A stretch of 64,000 bases of DNA from assembly GCF_963921235.1 (NCBI RefSeq), contig NC_086108.1:14880001-14944000 (forward strand), given 5' to 3'. Below are positions 12,774 through 25,869 of this stretch, piece after piece (within the stretch, counting starts at the first letter, position 1; each line of letters starts with the position of its first letter). The notes beneath the pieces are model-generated. The model was not told where the DNA came from and ran no database searches. It was given only the letters and a program-made list of their open reading frames with translations. The DNA comes from Mobula hypostoma. Its lineage: Eukaryota. The position numbers were made by a program, and so were the translations under genes.

Positions 12774-15700
12774 TTGGTGAGTAGGGTAAAGGAAAACCCC
12801 AAAGCATTCTTCAATTATGTGAAGAAAAAAAGGAAGACAGGAGTGAAGGTAGGACCGATTGGAGATAAAGGTGGGAAGATGTGCCTGGAGGCTGTGGAAG
12901 TGAGCGAGGTCCTCAATGAATACTCTTCGGTATTCACCAATGAGAGGGAGCTTGATGATGGTGAGGACAATATGAGTGAGGTTGACATTCTGGAGCATGT
13001 TGATATTAAGGGAGAAGAGGTGTTGGAGTTGTTAAAATACATTAGGATGGGTAAGTCCCCGGGGCCTGATGGAATATTCCCCAGGCTGCTCTACAAGGCA
13101 AGGGAAGAGATTGCTGAGCCTCTGGCTAGGATCTTTATGTCCTCGTTGTCCACGGGAATGGTACTGGAGGATTGGAGGAAGGCGATTGTTGTCCCCTTGT
13201 TCAAAAAAGGTAGTAGGGATAGTCCGGGTAATTATAGACCAGTGAGCCTTACGTCTGTGGTGGGAAAGCTGTTGGAAAAGATTCTTAGAGATAGGATCTC
13301 TGGGCATTTAGAGAATCATGGTCTGATCAGGAACAGTCAGCATGGCTTTGTGAAGGGCAGATCGTGTCTAACAAGCCTGATAGAGTTCTTTGAGGAGGTG
13401 ACCAGGCATATAGATGAGGGTAGTGCAGTGAATGTGATCTATATGGATTTTAGTAAGGCATTTGACAAGGTTCCACATGGTAGGCTTATTCAGAAAGTCG
13501 GAAGGCATGGGATCCAGGGAAGTTTGGCCAGGTAGATTCAGAATTGGCTTGCCTGCAGAAGGCAGAGGGTCGTGGTGGAGAGAGTACATTCAGATTGGAG
13601 GATTGTGACTAGTGGTGTCCCACAAGGATCTGTTCTGGGACCACTACTTTTTGTGATTTTTATTAACATCCTGGATGTGGGGGTAGAAGGGTGGGTTGGC
13701 AAGTTTGCAGATGACACAAAGGTTGGTGGTGTTGTAGATAGTGCAGAGGATTGTCAAAGATTGCAGAGAGACATTGATAGGATGCAGAAGCGGGCTGAGA
13801 AGTGGCAGATGGAGTTCAACCCAGAGAAGTGTGAGGTGGTACACTTTGGAAGGACAAACTCCAAGGCAGAGTACAAAGTAAATGGCAGGATACTTGGTAG
13901 TGTGGAGGAGCAGAGGGATCTGGGGTACATGTCCACAGATCCCTAAAAGTTGCCTCACAGGTAGATAGGGTAGTTAAGAAAGCTTATGGGGTGTTAGCTT
14001 TCATAAGTCGAGGGATAGAGTTTAAGAGTCGCGATGTAATGATGCAGCTCTATAAAACTCTGGTTAGGTCACACTTGGAGTACTGTGTCCAGTTCTGGTC
14101 GCCTCACTATGGGAAGGATGTGGAAGCATTGGAAAGGGTACAGAGGAGATTTACCAGGATGTTGCCTGGTTTAGAGAGTATGCATTATGATCAGAGATTA
14201 AGGGAGCTAGTGTCATGGTCCGGATCGGAGTCCCTTTAAATTTACCTTGTTTATGTTACAATCCGGACTGTTGATTCCCTGTTTTCCCATGTCCCTCGAC
14301 TTTGGTGATTAGAGGCAATTAACACTCGGCTGAACCAGTAGTTTATAGTCTCCGGCTTTCAGCCATTGGGTGCAAGAGCGTCTGCAAAGTCATCCAAGGT
14401 ATGGTTTGACGATGTCATCTGGCCGGAGCAAGCCTAGTTTCTGCCGAAGCGAGTGCCGGTAATTCGCCTCTCCTCACCGGAGTAACCCTATCCAGTTACC
14501 TCTCCAAAGCGAGCCTGAAAAGTTTCCTCACTGAGGTGGGTCCGTCAGTTAACCCGCCGAAGGGAATCAAGAACCGCTGTCTACTGTTCCCGGGCCGAGT
14601 CGAGAGCTCGCCACGACCCGAAGGCTCCAAGTCAAGTCCTGGCTCCGGCGGCATTCTAGCACCAAGTCAAGTCCTGTCCCTGGCGGCTTCCCAGTTCTGA
14701 GTCAAGTCTTGGCCCTGGCGGTCTGTGATTCCTGACCTACCCCCTTGTCTGAATCCCTTCTCTGCCCCTCTCGCCTCTAGCCCTCGTCTGCAGCCCCGCC
14801 TGCACTTCGGTCTAGTTCCATCACCGGAGCTAGATAGGTACTGTCTGGTGTTCATTCATGTTGGTCTTGTCTTCTCTTGTCTTGTTCTCACCTCCGTGGG
14901 GTAAGTCAGGCCGTCTTGCCATTGCCCCGCGGAGTGTCATGAGTCCCGGCCCTATGTCCTGTACCCAAGGAGGGGTCCCGGCTCTCTGTTCTGTGTGTGA
15001 ATCCCGGCCCTATGTCCTGTACCCAAGGAGAGGTCCTGACTCTGCGTTCTGTGTATGTGTCCATGGTTCCATGTACCTGCTCTCCCGAGACCGAGGCCCT
15101 GTGTTCCCATGTTCCTTCTCTCCCTAGCCCATGTCATGTCCATGCCTGGTTCTGGGATCCAAGCCCGAGGCAAGACCCAGGTACTAGGTCCTTGCCCAGT
15201 CTCTGGCTCGGAGTCCATACCCTAGCCTCTTCATGTCTCCTCCAGTTCTGGAAGCCGATTCCGAGTCCAAGCCCAGACCCCTAGTCCCAGCCTAGTCGTA
15301 GTCCTGAATCCTTGTCCAGTTCGCTATTTCCTGCTCCTGCCTTGCTCTCCTGGTATCAAACAATAAACTAAATCTAAGTAACCTCACAAGATGTGTCTTG
15401 CATTTGGGTCCACCCTTGCTCCCAATGCCCCCGCCTCTGTGACAGCTAGGGCTTTACTCTTTGGAGAGAAGGAGGATGAGAGGAGATATGATAGAGGTGT
15501 ACAAGATAATAAGAGGAATAGATAGAGTGGATGGCCAGCGCCTCTTCCCCAGGACACCACTGCTCAATACAAGAGGACATGGCTTTAAGGTAAGGGGTGG
15601 GAAGTTCAAGGGGGATATTAGAGGAAGGTTTTTTTACTCAGAGAGTAGTTGGTGCGTGGAATGCACTGCCTGAGTCAGTGGTGGAGGCAGATACACTCGT

Positions 15701-15837
15701 GAAGTTTAAAAGACTACTAGACAGGTATATGGAGGAATCTAAGGTGGGGGCTTATATGGGAGGCAGGGTTTGAGGGTCGGCACAACATTGTGGGCCGAAA
15801 GGCCTGTACTGTGCTGTACTATTCTATGTTCTATGTT
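12774..15837 (+). mobile_element. 5'-truncated CR1 ORF2, split by a solo LTR
   Basis: KSPGPDG, NYRPVSLTS, DFSKAFD, SGVPQGSVLGP and FADDT motifs; CTATGTT tail. Confidence 0.92.
14211..15444 (+). mobile_element. Solo LTR (1234 bp)
   Basis: TGTCA...TGACA termini, perfect 5-bp TSD GCTAG, AATAAA near 15362, internal tandem duplications near 14940-15050. Confidence 0.85.
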
Positions 15838-18800
15838 AGCCACTGCATCTCCTCTCTGTATGTTGTCTCATCATTCTTGCTGATGAGACCCACCACGGTC
15901 GTGTCTTCGGCAAACTTGATGATGTGGTTCAAGCTGTGTGTTGCAGCACAGTCGTGGGTCAGCAGAGTGAACAACAGTGGACTGAGCACACAGCCCTGGG
16001 GGGCCCCTGTGCTCAGTGTGATGGTGTTGGAGATGCTGCTACCAATTCGGACTGACTTGAGTTCTCCCAGTCAGGAAGTCTAGGATCCAGTTGCAGAGGG
16101 AGATGTTCAGGCCCAGTAGGCTCAGCTTTCCAATCAGTTTCTGAGGAATGATTGTGTTGAATGCTGAACTGAAGTCTATGAACAGCATTTTCAAGTACGT
16201 GTACATGATAATGAAGGGATGCGCTCAGACTGATGGCTTGAGATGCGTCTATTTTAATGCAATGAGTGTCATGAACAAAGCAGATGAGCTTAGAGCGTGG
16301 ATCAGTACTTGGAGCTATGATGTTGTGGCCATTACAGAGACCTGGATGGCTTGGGGCAGGAATGGCTACTTAGAGTGCCAGGCTTTAGATGCTTCAGAAA
16401 GTACAGGGAGGGAGGCAAAAGAGGTGGGGGCATGGCACTGCTGATCAGAGATAGTGTCATGGCTGCAGAAAAGGAGGAAGTCATGGAGGGATTGTCTACT
16501 GAGTCTCTGTAGGTGGAAGTTAGAAACAGGAAGGAGTTAATACTCTACTGGGTGTTTTATTATAGACCACCCAACAGTAGCAGGGACATCAAGGAACAGA
16601 TAGGGAGACAAATTCTGGAACAGTCCAGTAATAATGGGGTTGTCTTGATGGGAGATTTAAATTTCCCCAATATTGATTGGCATCTCCCTAGAGCAAGGGG
16701 TTTAGATGGGGTGGAGTTTGTTATGTGGGTTCAGGAAGGTTTTCTGACACAGTATGTTGATAAGCCTACAAGAGGAGAGGCTGCACTTGATCTGGTATTG
16801 AGAAATGAACCTGGTCAGGTGTCAGATCTCTCAGTGGGAGAGCATTTTGGAGATAGTGATCACAATTCTATCTCCTTTACCGTAACATTGGAGAGGGATA
16901 GGAACAGACAAGTTAGGAAAGCATTTAATTGGAGTAAGGGGAAATATGAAGCTATCAGGCGGGAACTTGGAAGCATAAATTAAGAACAAATGTTCTCAGG
17001 GAAATGTATGGCAGAAATGTGGCAAATGTTCAGGCGATAGTTGCGTGGCGTTCTGCATAAGTATGTTCCAATGAGACAGGGAAAGGATGGTAGGGTACAG
17101 GAACCATGGTGTACAAAGGCTGTTGAAAATCTAGTCAAGAAGAAAAGAAAAGCTTATGAAAGGTTCATAAAACTAGGTAATGATAGAGATCTAGAAAATT
17201 ATAAGTCTAGCAGGAAGGAGCTTAAGAATGAAATTAGGAGAGCCAGAAGGGGCCATGAGAAGGCCTTGGCAAGCAGGATTAAGGAAAACCCCAAGGCATT
17301 CTGCAAGTATGTGAAGAGCAAGAGGATAAGACGTGAGAGAATAGGATCAATCAAGTGTGACAGTGGAAAAGTGTGTATGGAACCAGAGGAGGTAGCGGAG
17401 GTACCTAATGAATACTTTGCTTCAATATTCACTATGGAAAAGGACCTTGGCAATTGTAGGGATGACTTACAGCAGACTGAAAAGCTTGAGCATATAGACA
17501 TTAAGAAAGAGGATGTGCTGGAGCTTTTGGAAAGCATCAAGTTGGATAAGTCACCGGGACTGGATGAGATATATCCCGGGCTACTGTGGGAGGCGAGGGA
17601 GGAGATTGCTAAGCCTCTGGCAATGATCTTTGCATTATCAATGGAGATGGGAGAGGTTTGGAGGATTGGAGGGTTGCAGATGTGGTGCCCTTATTCAAGA
17701 AAGGGAGTGGAGATAGCCTAGGAAATTATAGACCAGTGAGTCTTACCTCAGTGGTTGGTAAGTTGATGGAGAAGATCCTGAGAGGCAGGATTTATGAACA
17801 TTTGGATTAGGAATAGTCAGCATGGCTTTGTCAAGGGCAGGTCGTGCTTTACAATCCTGACTGAATTTTTTGAGGATGTGACTAAACACATTGATGAAGG
17901 TAGAGCAGTAGATGTAGTGTATATGGATTTCAGCAAGGCATTTGATAAGGTTACCCATGCCAGACTTATTGAGAACATAAGGAAGGATGGGATCTAAGGG
18001 GACATTGCTTTGTGGATCCAGAACTGGCTTGCTCACAGAAAGCAAAGAGTGGTTGTAGATGGGTCATGTTCTGCATGGAGGTCGGTCACCAGTGGAGTGT
18101 CTCAGGGATTTGTTCTGGGACCCCTTCTCTTGTGATTTTCCTGGATGAGGAAGTGGAGGGTTGGGTTAGTAAATTTGCTGATGACACAAAGGTCAGAGGT
18201 GTTGTGAATAGCGTGGAAGGCTGTCAGAGGTTACAGTGGGACATCGATAGGATGCAAAACTGGGCTGAAAAGTGGCAGATGGAGTTCAACCCAGAAAACT
18301 GTGGGGTGGTTCATTTTCATAGGTCAAATATGATGGAAGAATATAGTGTTAATGATAAGACTCTTGGCAGTGTGGAGGATCAGAGGGAACTTGGGGTCCG
18401 AGTCCATAAGATACTCAAAGCTGCTGTGCAGATTGACTGTATGGTTAAGAAGTCATACGGTGCATTGGCCTTCATCAACTGTGGGATTGAGTTCAAGAGC
18501 CGAAAGGTAATGTTACAACTACATAGGACCCTGGTCAGACCCCACTTGGAGTACTGTGCTCAGTTCTGGTCACCTCACTACAGGAAGGATGCGGAAACTA
18601 TAGAAAGGGTGCAGAGGAGAGTCACAAGGATGTTGCCTGGATTGAGGACCATATCTTATGAGAATAGGTTGAGTGAACTTGGCCTTTTCTCCTTGGAGTG
18701 ACGGAGGATGAGAGGTGACCTGATGGAGGTGTATAAGATGATGAGAGTCATTGATCATGTGGATAGTCAGAGGCTTTTTCCCAGGGCTGAAATGGTTGCC

Positions 18801-19567
18801 ACAAGAGGACACAGGTTTAAGGTGCCGGGGAGTAGGTATGGAGGAGATGTCAGGGGTAAGTTTTTCACTCAGAGAGTGGTGAGTGCGTGGAATGGGCTGC
18901 CGGCGACGGTGGTGGAGGCAGATATGATTGGGTCTTTTAAGAGAATCCTAGATAGGTACATGGAGCTTAGAAAAATAGAGGGCTATGGGTAACCCTAGGT
19001 AATTTCTAAAGTAAGTACATGTTCGGTACAGCATTGTGGGCTGAAGGGCCTGTACTGTGCTGTAGGTTTTCTATGTTCCTATGTTTCTATGTCCAGAGGC
19101 GCGACAAAAACGTTATCATTGACAAGACACCTGCCAAACCTGATGCCACTCCACAGGTCAGAGGTGCTATCCTGAAAGAAACAGAGCACCACTCAAAAGA
19201 CTGAACCTTCAGAACTGTAAAGTTCGTCATAGACTGTTAATGTAAAAGCATGTTTATTTGGAATATGGGTTTATGAAAGGGAAATTGAATGTTTTATACA
19301 TATATAGTTTATGTCACATTAATCTAATGAGGATGAAGTGTAATGTATGGATCTATTTATTTTAGAATGATGACCCCCCACCCTCCCCCCTTTAGAACTA
19401 CGTACTGATCTGTTGTCTGCATATGCACATTGTTCTCCCTCTCTTCCTCTCTCACTACAATGTGAATACAGCAGTTAAAGCCATCTCCTGCATACATGTT
19501 TTTATTTAATTGGTATGTAGTTGTGCACGGACACCACAGTCTCCATCTGATAACTTTCAGAGCAACA

Positions 19568-20640
19568 GAGTTACAGTTATGGTTACGGATTCCGCAACCC
19601 GCCTGGGCCGTAGGGACTCTGTACAGATGAGCTCTGCACCAGTTGCCTCCATTTCTCACAGTTGTGGGCAAGTGCCTGGATTGTGGCAAACCTCTCTCCA
19701 GTCCACTTTGCAATGTTGTCCGTCCATTTCTTCCTCTGTTTGCCCCTTTTTTCCTTTCCCCTGCACCATCCCCTGAAGGATGGTCTCTGAGAGTCCACTT
19801 GATCTTGTTATGTGGCCATACCACCTCAGTTTCCTCTTCTTTACTGTGGACAGTAGATGTTCGTAGTGTCCCATGTGCTGGGTGATGGTCCTTCATACTT
19901 CGTCGTTTGAGACATGGTCTGTATAGGAGATGCCAAAGGAGCCTCTGAAGCATCTCATTTCTACTGCCTGGATCTTCTTTTGCAGTTCTGCTGTCAAAGT
20001 CCATGATTCACATGCATTCAAGAAGATGGAGAGCACAAGTGCATGTAGGGATCTGAGAGCGATGTTATTGCCTCTCCAGATTGGTTTTAGTTCAGCCAGC
20101 ATTGCTGTTTTTCGGGCTGGCCTTGCAAGGACTTCAGACTTTGATCCTTCTTGGTTGATGATGGCGCCAAGATACTTGAACCATTTGACAGTCTCTAGTC
20201 CTTGTCCACTGACTGTGATTTTTGGCGTCATTGGCTATTCACTGTTGCTCAAAGGCTTGGTTTTCTCTGTGCTGATCTCTGTGCCATACCTGGTAGATGT
20301 ATTGACCAGAGCAACAGAGATCCTCAGCAACAAACAGGGAACTATTTACTTTACTCTTGCTGCCGCTGGCTAGTATGTTTGTGGTGTGGTGATAACTTGG
20401 CAATTATTATCCCAAGTCGAAACATTGCCCATGTTTTGTATGTGACCGACTGTGTCTTTGTTCATTCGTGGATCAACGGATTTCATCCACACGTCACCCT
20501 GACTGAGTGCTTATATCGGTTCCCTCAGCTTCTCATCAGCACTTTTCAATGCGGCTGTCTTCATCCCAGCACAACCCACTTTCCTCACTCCCATTGGGAC
20601 ATTGGCGGCTTCCCTTAAGACAGATGCAAGTAGTATTCTC
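19568..20640 (-). mobile_element. RTE-clade LINE 3' fragment
   Basis: FKYLGAII, CESWTL..E.QKKIQA.EMRCFR and LRWYGHITRSSGL motifs; short (CATAAC)-like tail. Confidence 0.8.
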
Positions 20641-20939
20641 ATCGCATCCTCCACGTTGAGGCATCAATCTTCATCTTTACTGTGGTTTCCAGCAGTTTAC
20701 TTTTTTGCTGTCTGTGGTTTCTGTAAGAACTCTCATATTTAATTGGAACGTCCCATATCATTAACCCAGTGCTTCTCACACACCTTCTTCTGCTCCCATT
20801 TCTCCTCTTTTCTCCATCTTCTGCATTTCATTTCTCTTCTTTCCCTCTTGTGAGAATGTGAAGACACTGCCTCCAGTTCTGCCTGCCAGTTCACTCGGAG
20901 ACATTGTGTTTGAACTGCTCTGGAAGTGACAGGTGGAAA

Positions 20940-21240
20940 ACATTATAATCAGGTTCCACCCCCTGCCAGCCCTTTGTGACCTCTCCCCACCATCTCACAG
21001 TCTTTGGTGCCCTTTCATACTCATCTTCTCCATCTGCCCATCGCCCTCCATTCACCTGCATCCGCCCGTCACATGCCAGCTTTTGCCACGCCCTCTCCTC
21101 TCACCGCTTCACCTCCGGCAACTCCCTTCCACCATTCAGTCTGGATAAAAGGTCTGAACCCCAAGCGTTGACTGTCCATTTCCTGCCACAGGTGCTGTCT
21201 GAGCCACTGAAGTCGTCCATTGGCTTGATTTTTATTATTT
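20940..21240 (+). mobile_element. Decayed Penelope-derived tail
   Basis: Pyrimidine-rich body and a degenerate hammerhead-like segment at ~21140-21175. Confidence 0.5.
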
Positions 21241-21967
21241 CCCACACCCAGGTGATAAAGGAGGGATAATTCTCACCACACCCTCAGCCCCAGACCAGCT
21301 CAATTAAATAGCTAGACTCAACACAGCAGCTAAACAGATACAGTAACTAGAAGTCCTAATCTATAAATTATTGGGAGAGCAGGGATCAAAAGTGCACTGA
21401 ATGAGTATCAGTGGAAGCAGACTGTTGCTGCAAATACTGCTGAACTGAGCAGAAGAGGATTTTATTTCATCTGGAGTTCGGACTTTTCCTAGAACCTGAT
21501 GTGCTTCTGGAATGCATCAGTCTTCGAAAGTAGTTTTGTAATCTGACTCCTCGATGTTTTGTCACTGATATAACCAGGCTCCGATATTCTGGTGGAGGAC
21601 AGCCTGCTGCTCTTTGAAGGCTGTTTAAACCCAGCGAGTGTTCAGTGTTGCCATCGCACTCCTGATCTGGTGTTGCAGTCTGTGTGTCGGAGCGCACTGC
21701 TGACGGACTCAACCCGCTGCTCCACAACAAGCTTACCACTTATCTGGGCAGATGGAAGTCTGCCCGATCGGTAACTTTCCACAACACTCGATCCTCTCGG
21801 AAGAGGATCGCTACTGCCAAGGTCACAGTACATTGACTCATGTACCCTGGCCCTGGCTCAGTGATATCTTCGTCTGTCACCTACACCAGCTGTACTCGTG
21901 GGACAACTCACCTTAGCCAGTCCACAGCACAAACCCTTCTCCGAGCACGGAGCTCCCTGCTGCTCCT

Positions 21968-22550
21968 CCCACAGTGCCGCACTCCCTCAGTACCACCCTC
22001 CCACAGTGTGACCCTCCCTCAGTACCACCTCTCCCATAGTGCGACTCTCTCTCAGTACCACCCATCCCACAGTGCGACCCTCCCTCAGTACCACCCCTCC
22101 CACAGTGCGACCCTCCCTCAGTACCATCCCTCCCACAGTGTGACCCTCCCTCAGGACCACCCTTCCCACAGTGTGACCCTCCCTCAGTACCACCCCTCCC
22201 ACAGTGAGACCTTCCCTCAGTACCACCCCTCCCACAGTGTGACCCCCCCCTCAGTACCACCCCTCCCACAGGGCGACCCTCCCTCAGTACCATCCCTCCC
22301 ACAGTGTGACCCTCCCTCAGGACCACCCTTCCCACAGTGTGACCCTCCCTCAGTACCACCCCTCCCACAGTGAGACCTTCCCTCAGTACCACCCCTCCCA
22401 CAGTGTGACCCCCCCTCAGTACCACCCCTCCCATAGTGCGACCCTCCCTCAGTACCACTTCTCCCACAGTGTGACCCTCCCTCAGGACCACCCCTCCCAC
22501 AGTGCGACCCCTCCCTCAGTACCACCCTTCCCATAGTGAGACACTCCCTC
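21968..22550. repeat. 33-bp minisatellite, ~17 copies
   Basis: Unit CCCTCCCTCAGTACCACCCCTCCCACAGTGTGA; related monomers at ~5960-6030. Confidence 0.95.
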
Positions 22551-22554
22551 AGAC

Positions 22555-23930
22555 TATCTTTGTCAACCTTACTAATCAAGAACCACAGTTTGAATAAACT
22601 CAATGACCTGGCCTCCACAGCCATCTGTGGCCAAGAATTCCACAGATTCACCAACCTCTAGCTGAAGAAATTCCTCCTCATCTCCGTTTTAAAGGGACAT
22701 CTTTCTATTTTGAGGTAGTATGTACAGGCACAGAGCCATCAAATGCTCCTCAAACTTTGATCCTTTCATTCCTGGGGTCATTCTCATGAACTTCCTCTGA
22801 GCTTTCTCCAATGGCAGCATATCCTTACTCAGATAAGAGGCCCAAAATTGCTCACAACATTCCAAGTGTGATCTGACTAATACCTTATAAAGCCTCAGCA
22901 TTACGTCCTTGCCCTTATATTCTAGTCCACTCAAAATGAATGCTAAGTTAACCTTTAGAGAACCCCGCACAAGACTCTCAAGTCCCTTTGCACCACTGAG
23001 TTTTGAATTTTCATCCCGTTTAGTAAATAATCTACAACTTTAAACCTGCCAAAATGCATGACCATACACTTCCCCACTCTATATTCCATCTACAACTTAT
23101 TTGCTCATTCTCCTTCTGCAGACTTCCTGCTTCCTCAATACTACCTGCCCCTTCACCTATCTTTATACTATCCACAAACTTTGCCACAAAGGCCATCAAT
23201 TCGGTCATCCAAATTATTGATATATAATCTAAAAATAGACCCCTGTGAACATCACCAGTCACCGGCAGCCAACCAGAGAAGGCTCTTTTATCCCCATTCC
23301 TTGCCTCCCTCCAATCAGCCAATGTATATTTCCTGCAATACCATGGGCTCTTAACTTGTTAAGCAGCCTCACATGAGACACCTTGTCAAAGGCCTTCTAA
23401 ATATCCAAGTACACAACATCCACCGATTCTGCTTTGTCTATCCTGCTTGTTATTTCTTCAAAGATTTGTCAGGCAAGATTTTCCCTGAGGAAACCATGCT
23501 GACTGTGGCCTATTTTATCATGTGCCACCAAGTACCCTGAAACCGCATCCTTAATCTTCCCAACCACTGAAGTCAGACTAACTGGAACGTATCTTCAAGC
23601 CTTTTGCCTCTGTCCTTTCTAAAATAATGGAGCGATATTTGCAATTTTCTAGTCCTCCAGAACCATTCCAGAATCAAGTGATTCCTGAAAGATGTCTCCA
23701 CAATCTCTTCAGCCACCTCTTTCAGAACCCTGGGGTTTTGCCCATCTGGTTCTGGTGACTTATCTACCTTCAGACCTTTCAGTTCCCCAAGAATTACTCC
23801 TTAGTAATAGCAACTGCATTCCCTTCTGCCCCCCCCAGACACTTTCAGGTTTCTGACAGACTGCTGGTGAAAATTGGCATAACACTTAATAAGTTTATCT
23901 GCCATTTCCATTTCCCCATTATTATTTCTT
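22555..23930 (-). mobile_element. Decayed CR1 ORF2 fragment
   Basis: LEYKGKDVMLRLYKVLVRSHLECCEQFW and VNLWNS motifs; RT remnants. Confidence 0.85.
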
Positions 23931-23995
23931 CAGGCATAAGGTGATCAGAATTACTAACAATGTCACTGCACCTTCACTGTAACTGCAACACTATA

Positions 23996-25095
23996 TCAGG
24001 GTGGAGGAGCAACACCTTAACGCTGATTTATACTTGTGAGTACCAGCTTACGCCGTAGCCTACACAAGTGGGCTACGCCGTTGTGAGCATTTATACTTGT
24101 GCGTTGGTGTGTCTGCGTCTCTCTGCAATTCACTGCCAAAGCACTAGTTGGCGGTGGGGTTTCTATGCCACCGCGTTGAGTTTCTTCGTGTTGAAACTCA
24201 AACTTCAAACAATGGTGACTGTAACTGAATGAGGGTGAATTTTCTGTGCTTATCCGGCCACTGAGAGACATGGACGAAGAAATGCATTTCAAATGTTTTC
24301 GGTTGTCGGCAGGTAGATCTGACGATTTGGTTCATCATCTCCAACCATTTATTTCACATCAGTGTACGCACAGTATACTGAGAGACTGGCAATCACCATT
24401 TGAGTTTTAGCTTCAGGTGGAAGTCAACAGGCTGTAGCAGCTAGCTACAAACTGGCGTCAAGCACAAGGTCCTCCGTAATTTCGGAGGTCTGTAAAGCTT
24501 TATGGAAAGCATTGCAGCCAGAGTTCCTTCCCTGCCCTTCAGTCGCCCAATGGCAAGCTATTGCAGCGTAGGAGGAAATGCGATGCTATCAAGTGGACCA
24601 ATCACAGTTGTTGCGGTCTGTGTCATCGAGACGTGTCGTTACATTTTGGGAGGGGTGCGCTTTAGGCTACGGCATAGGGTTCAGTGTAGAGTACAGCGTA
24701 GGGTACGCGGCTATGGCGTACATTTGTCGCACAAGTATAAATTGGCGTTCATACTCCATCTGGGTAACCTTCAACCTGATTGCACAAATATCAATTTCTA
24801 CTTCTGGTAAAAAAAAATCACCCCTCCCTTCCTCTATTCCCTTCATTCTATGGATCACTTTTTACTGCTATCAGATTCCTTCTTCTCCAGTCCTTGACCT
24901 TTCCCAGCCACCTGGCTTCACCTATCATCTTCCAGCCAGTCTCTTTCCCTTCCCCCCCACCAGCCTGGTGCCTTCCACCTTCCTTTCAGTCCTGAAGAAG
25001 GGTCTCGGCCTGAAACATTCATTTCCATGGATGCTACCTGACCTCCTGAGTTTTGTGTGTATTGATTTGGATTTCCATCATCTACAGACTTTCTT
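23996..25095 (+). mobile_element. Penelope fragment (GIY-YIG C-terminus and tail) interrupted by Harbinger
   Basis: GGAGGAGCAACACCTT resumes as ATACTCCATCTGGGT, matching 63735-63765; hammerhead-like core CTGAAGA..GAAAC at 24992-25016. Confidence 0.75.
24020..24748 (+). mobile_element. Non-autonomous PIF/Harbinger DNA transposon
   Basis: TIRs ACGCTGATTTATACTTGTG / CACAAGTATAAATTGGCGT; 3-bp TTA/TCA flanks; internal [19 protein letters not shown]...LASGGSQ...[16 protein letters not shown] resembles a Harbinger transposase N-terminus. Confidence 0.8.
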
Positions 25096-25869
25096 GTTTT
25101 TGTTGTATCCTGAATTCTGCTTCCATTTTACTACCTCTGTGTACTTATGTATGGAATTATCTGTCTGCATAGCAGGCAAACGAAAGATTTTCACTGTATC
25201 TTGTACGTTTGACAATAATAAGCCAATAATTATTACAAAGACAACCCCTCCCTCAACATCGGTAAGATAAAGAACTGATTGTTGACCATGGAGTGGAAGG
25301 AGGTGAAACATGCACCAATTTACATTGTGGGACTGGCAGTGGAGAGAGTCAGTGACTTTAAGTTACTGGGTGTTAACGTGTACAACCTGTCCTGTCCTGG
25401 GCCCAACACAGAGATGTAATCATATGGAAAAGCACCAGGATAAAATTCATTCTTGAGCCTGGTCGTTCATTTTTCAGGATTTTGCCCAAAGGTCGGGGGA
25501 GAAGAGGGTGGGGTGGTGTTTTTCCAAGCAGTGAGTCATGTAGACACTCATGATGTAGCTTGCTTTCACTTGTGTTCGTCACTCTCTACAATTTCTTCTG
25601 GTCTTGGGCAACACAGTTGCTATAACAAGCTGTGATGCAGCTGGATGGGATACTTCTCACAGTGCATCTGTAAACATTGATGACAGTCACAGGGGACGTG
25701 CCAAATGTCTTTAGCCCCTGAAGAGGTAAAGATGCTATTGTGCTTTCTTGACCATATTGTTGATGTAGCTGGACCAGGCGAAATCGCTGGTGACATTTAC
25801 TCCGAGGAACATGAAGCTCTCCATCCTCTTGGCCTCAGCACCATTGAAACAGACAACAATATGGCCTCT

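Larger units (their letters stand above)
11899..16202 (-). mobile_element. Rex1/Babar-like LINE fragment (11899-12773 and 15838-16202), split by a CR1
   Basis: WCRANNLSLNVNKTKEMVVDFRR and KAQQRLYFLRRL motifs; (TGACT)n tail; sequence resumes after the CR1. Confidence 0.8.
10698..19090 (+). mobile_element. Near full-length decayed CR1 (ORF1 + ORF2), split by nested inserts
   Basis: ORF1 10857-11793 has C-x2-C motifs and SGNH esterase motifs VIGDS and DELHLN. ORF2 ~16205-18992 has APE endonuclease (ITETW, YRPP, GDLN, SDH) and RT (FADDT). Tail is TTCTATG. Confidence 0.9.
9849..19538 (+). mobile_element. Internally deleted Gypsy/Mag-type LTR retrotransposon, host of nested insertions
   Basis: LTRs 9849-10047 and 19339-19538; perfect 5-bp TSD GTCTC; PBS-like TTGTTGACAAG; purine tract before the 3' LTR; gag N-terminus YIERVELYCNAN...VIAERF; integrase tail WRRHVDQ. 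Confidence 0.85.

Noticed and set aside
21968..22550. CRISPR-like array
   Set aside because: Units are contiguous with no unique spacers, there are no cas genes, and the context is eukaryotic.
21840..22654. Long repetitive ORFs (PQYHPSHSVTL, GGSHCGRGG)
   Set aside because: They are translations of the 33-bp minisatellite in several frames.
24578..25270. 230-aa ORF
   Set aside because: It crosses Harbinger, Penelope and other repeat boundaries and has no coherent motif.
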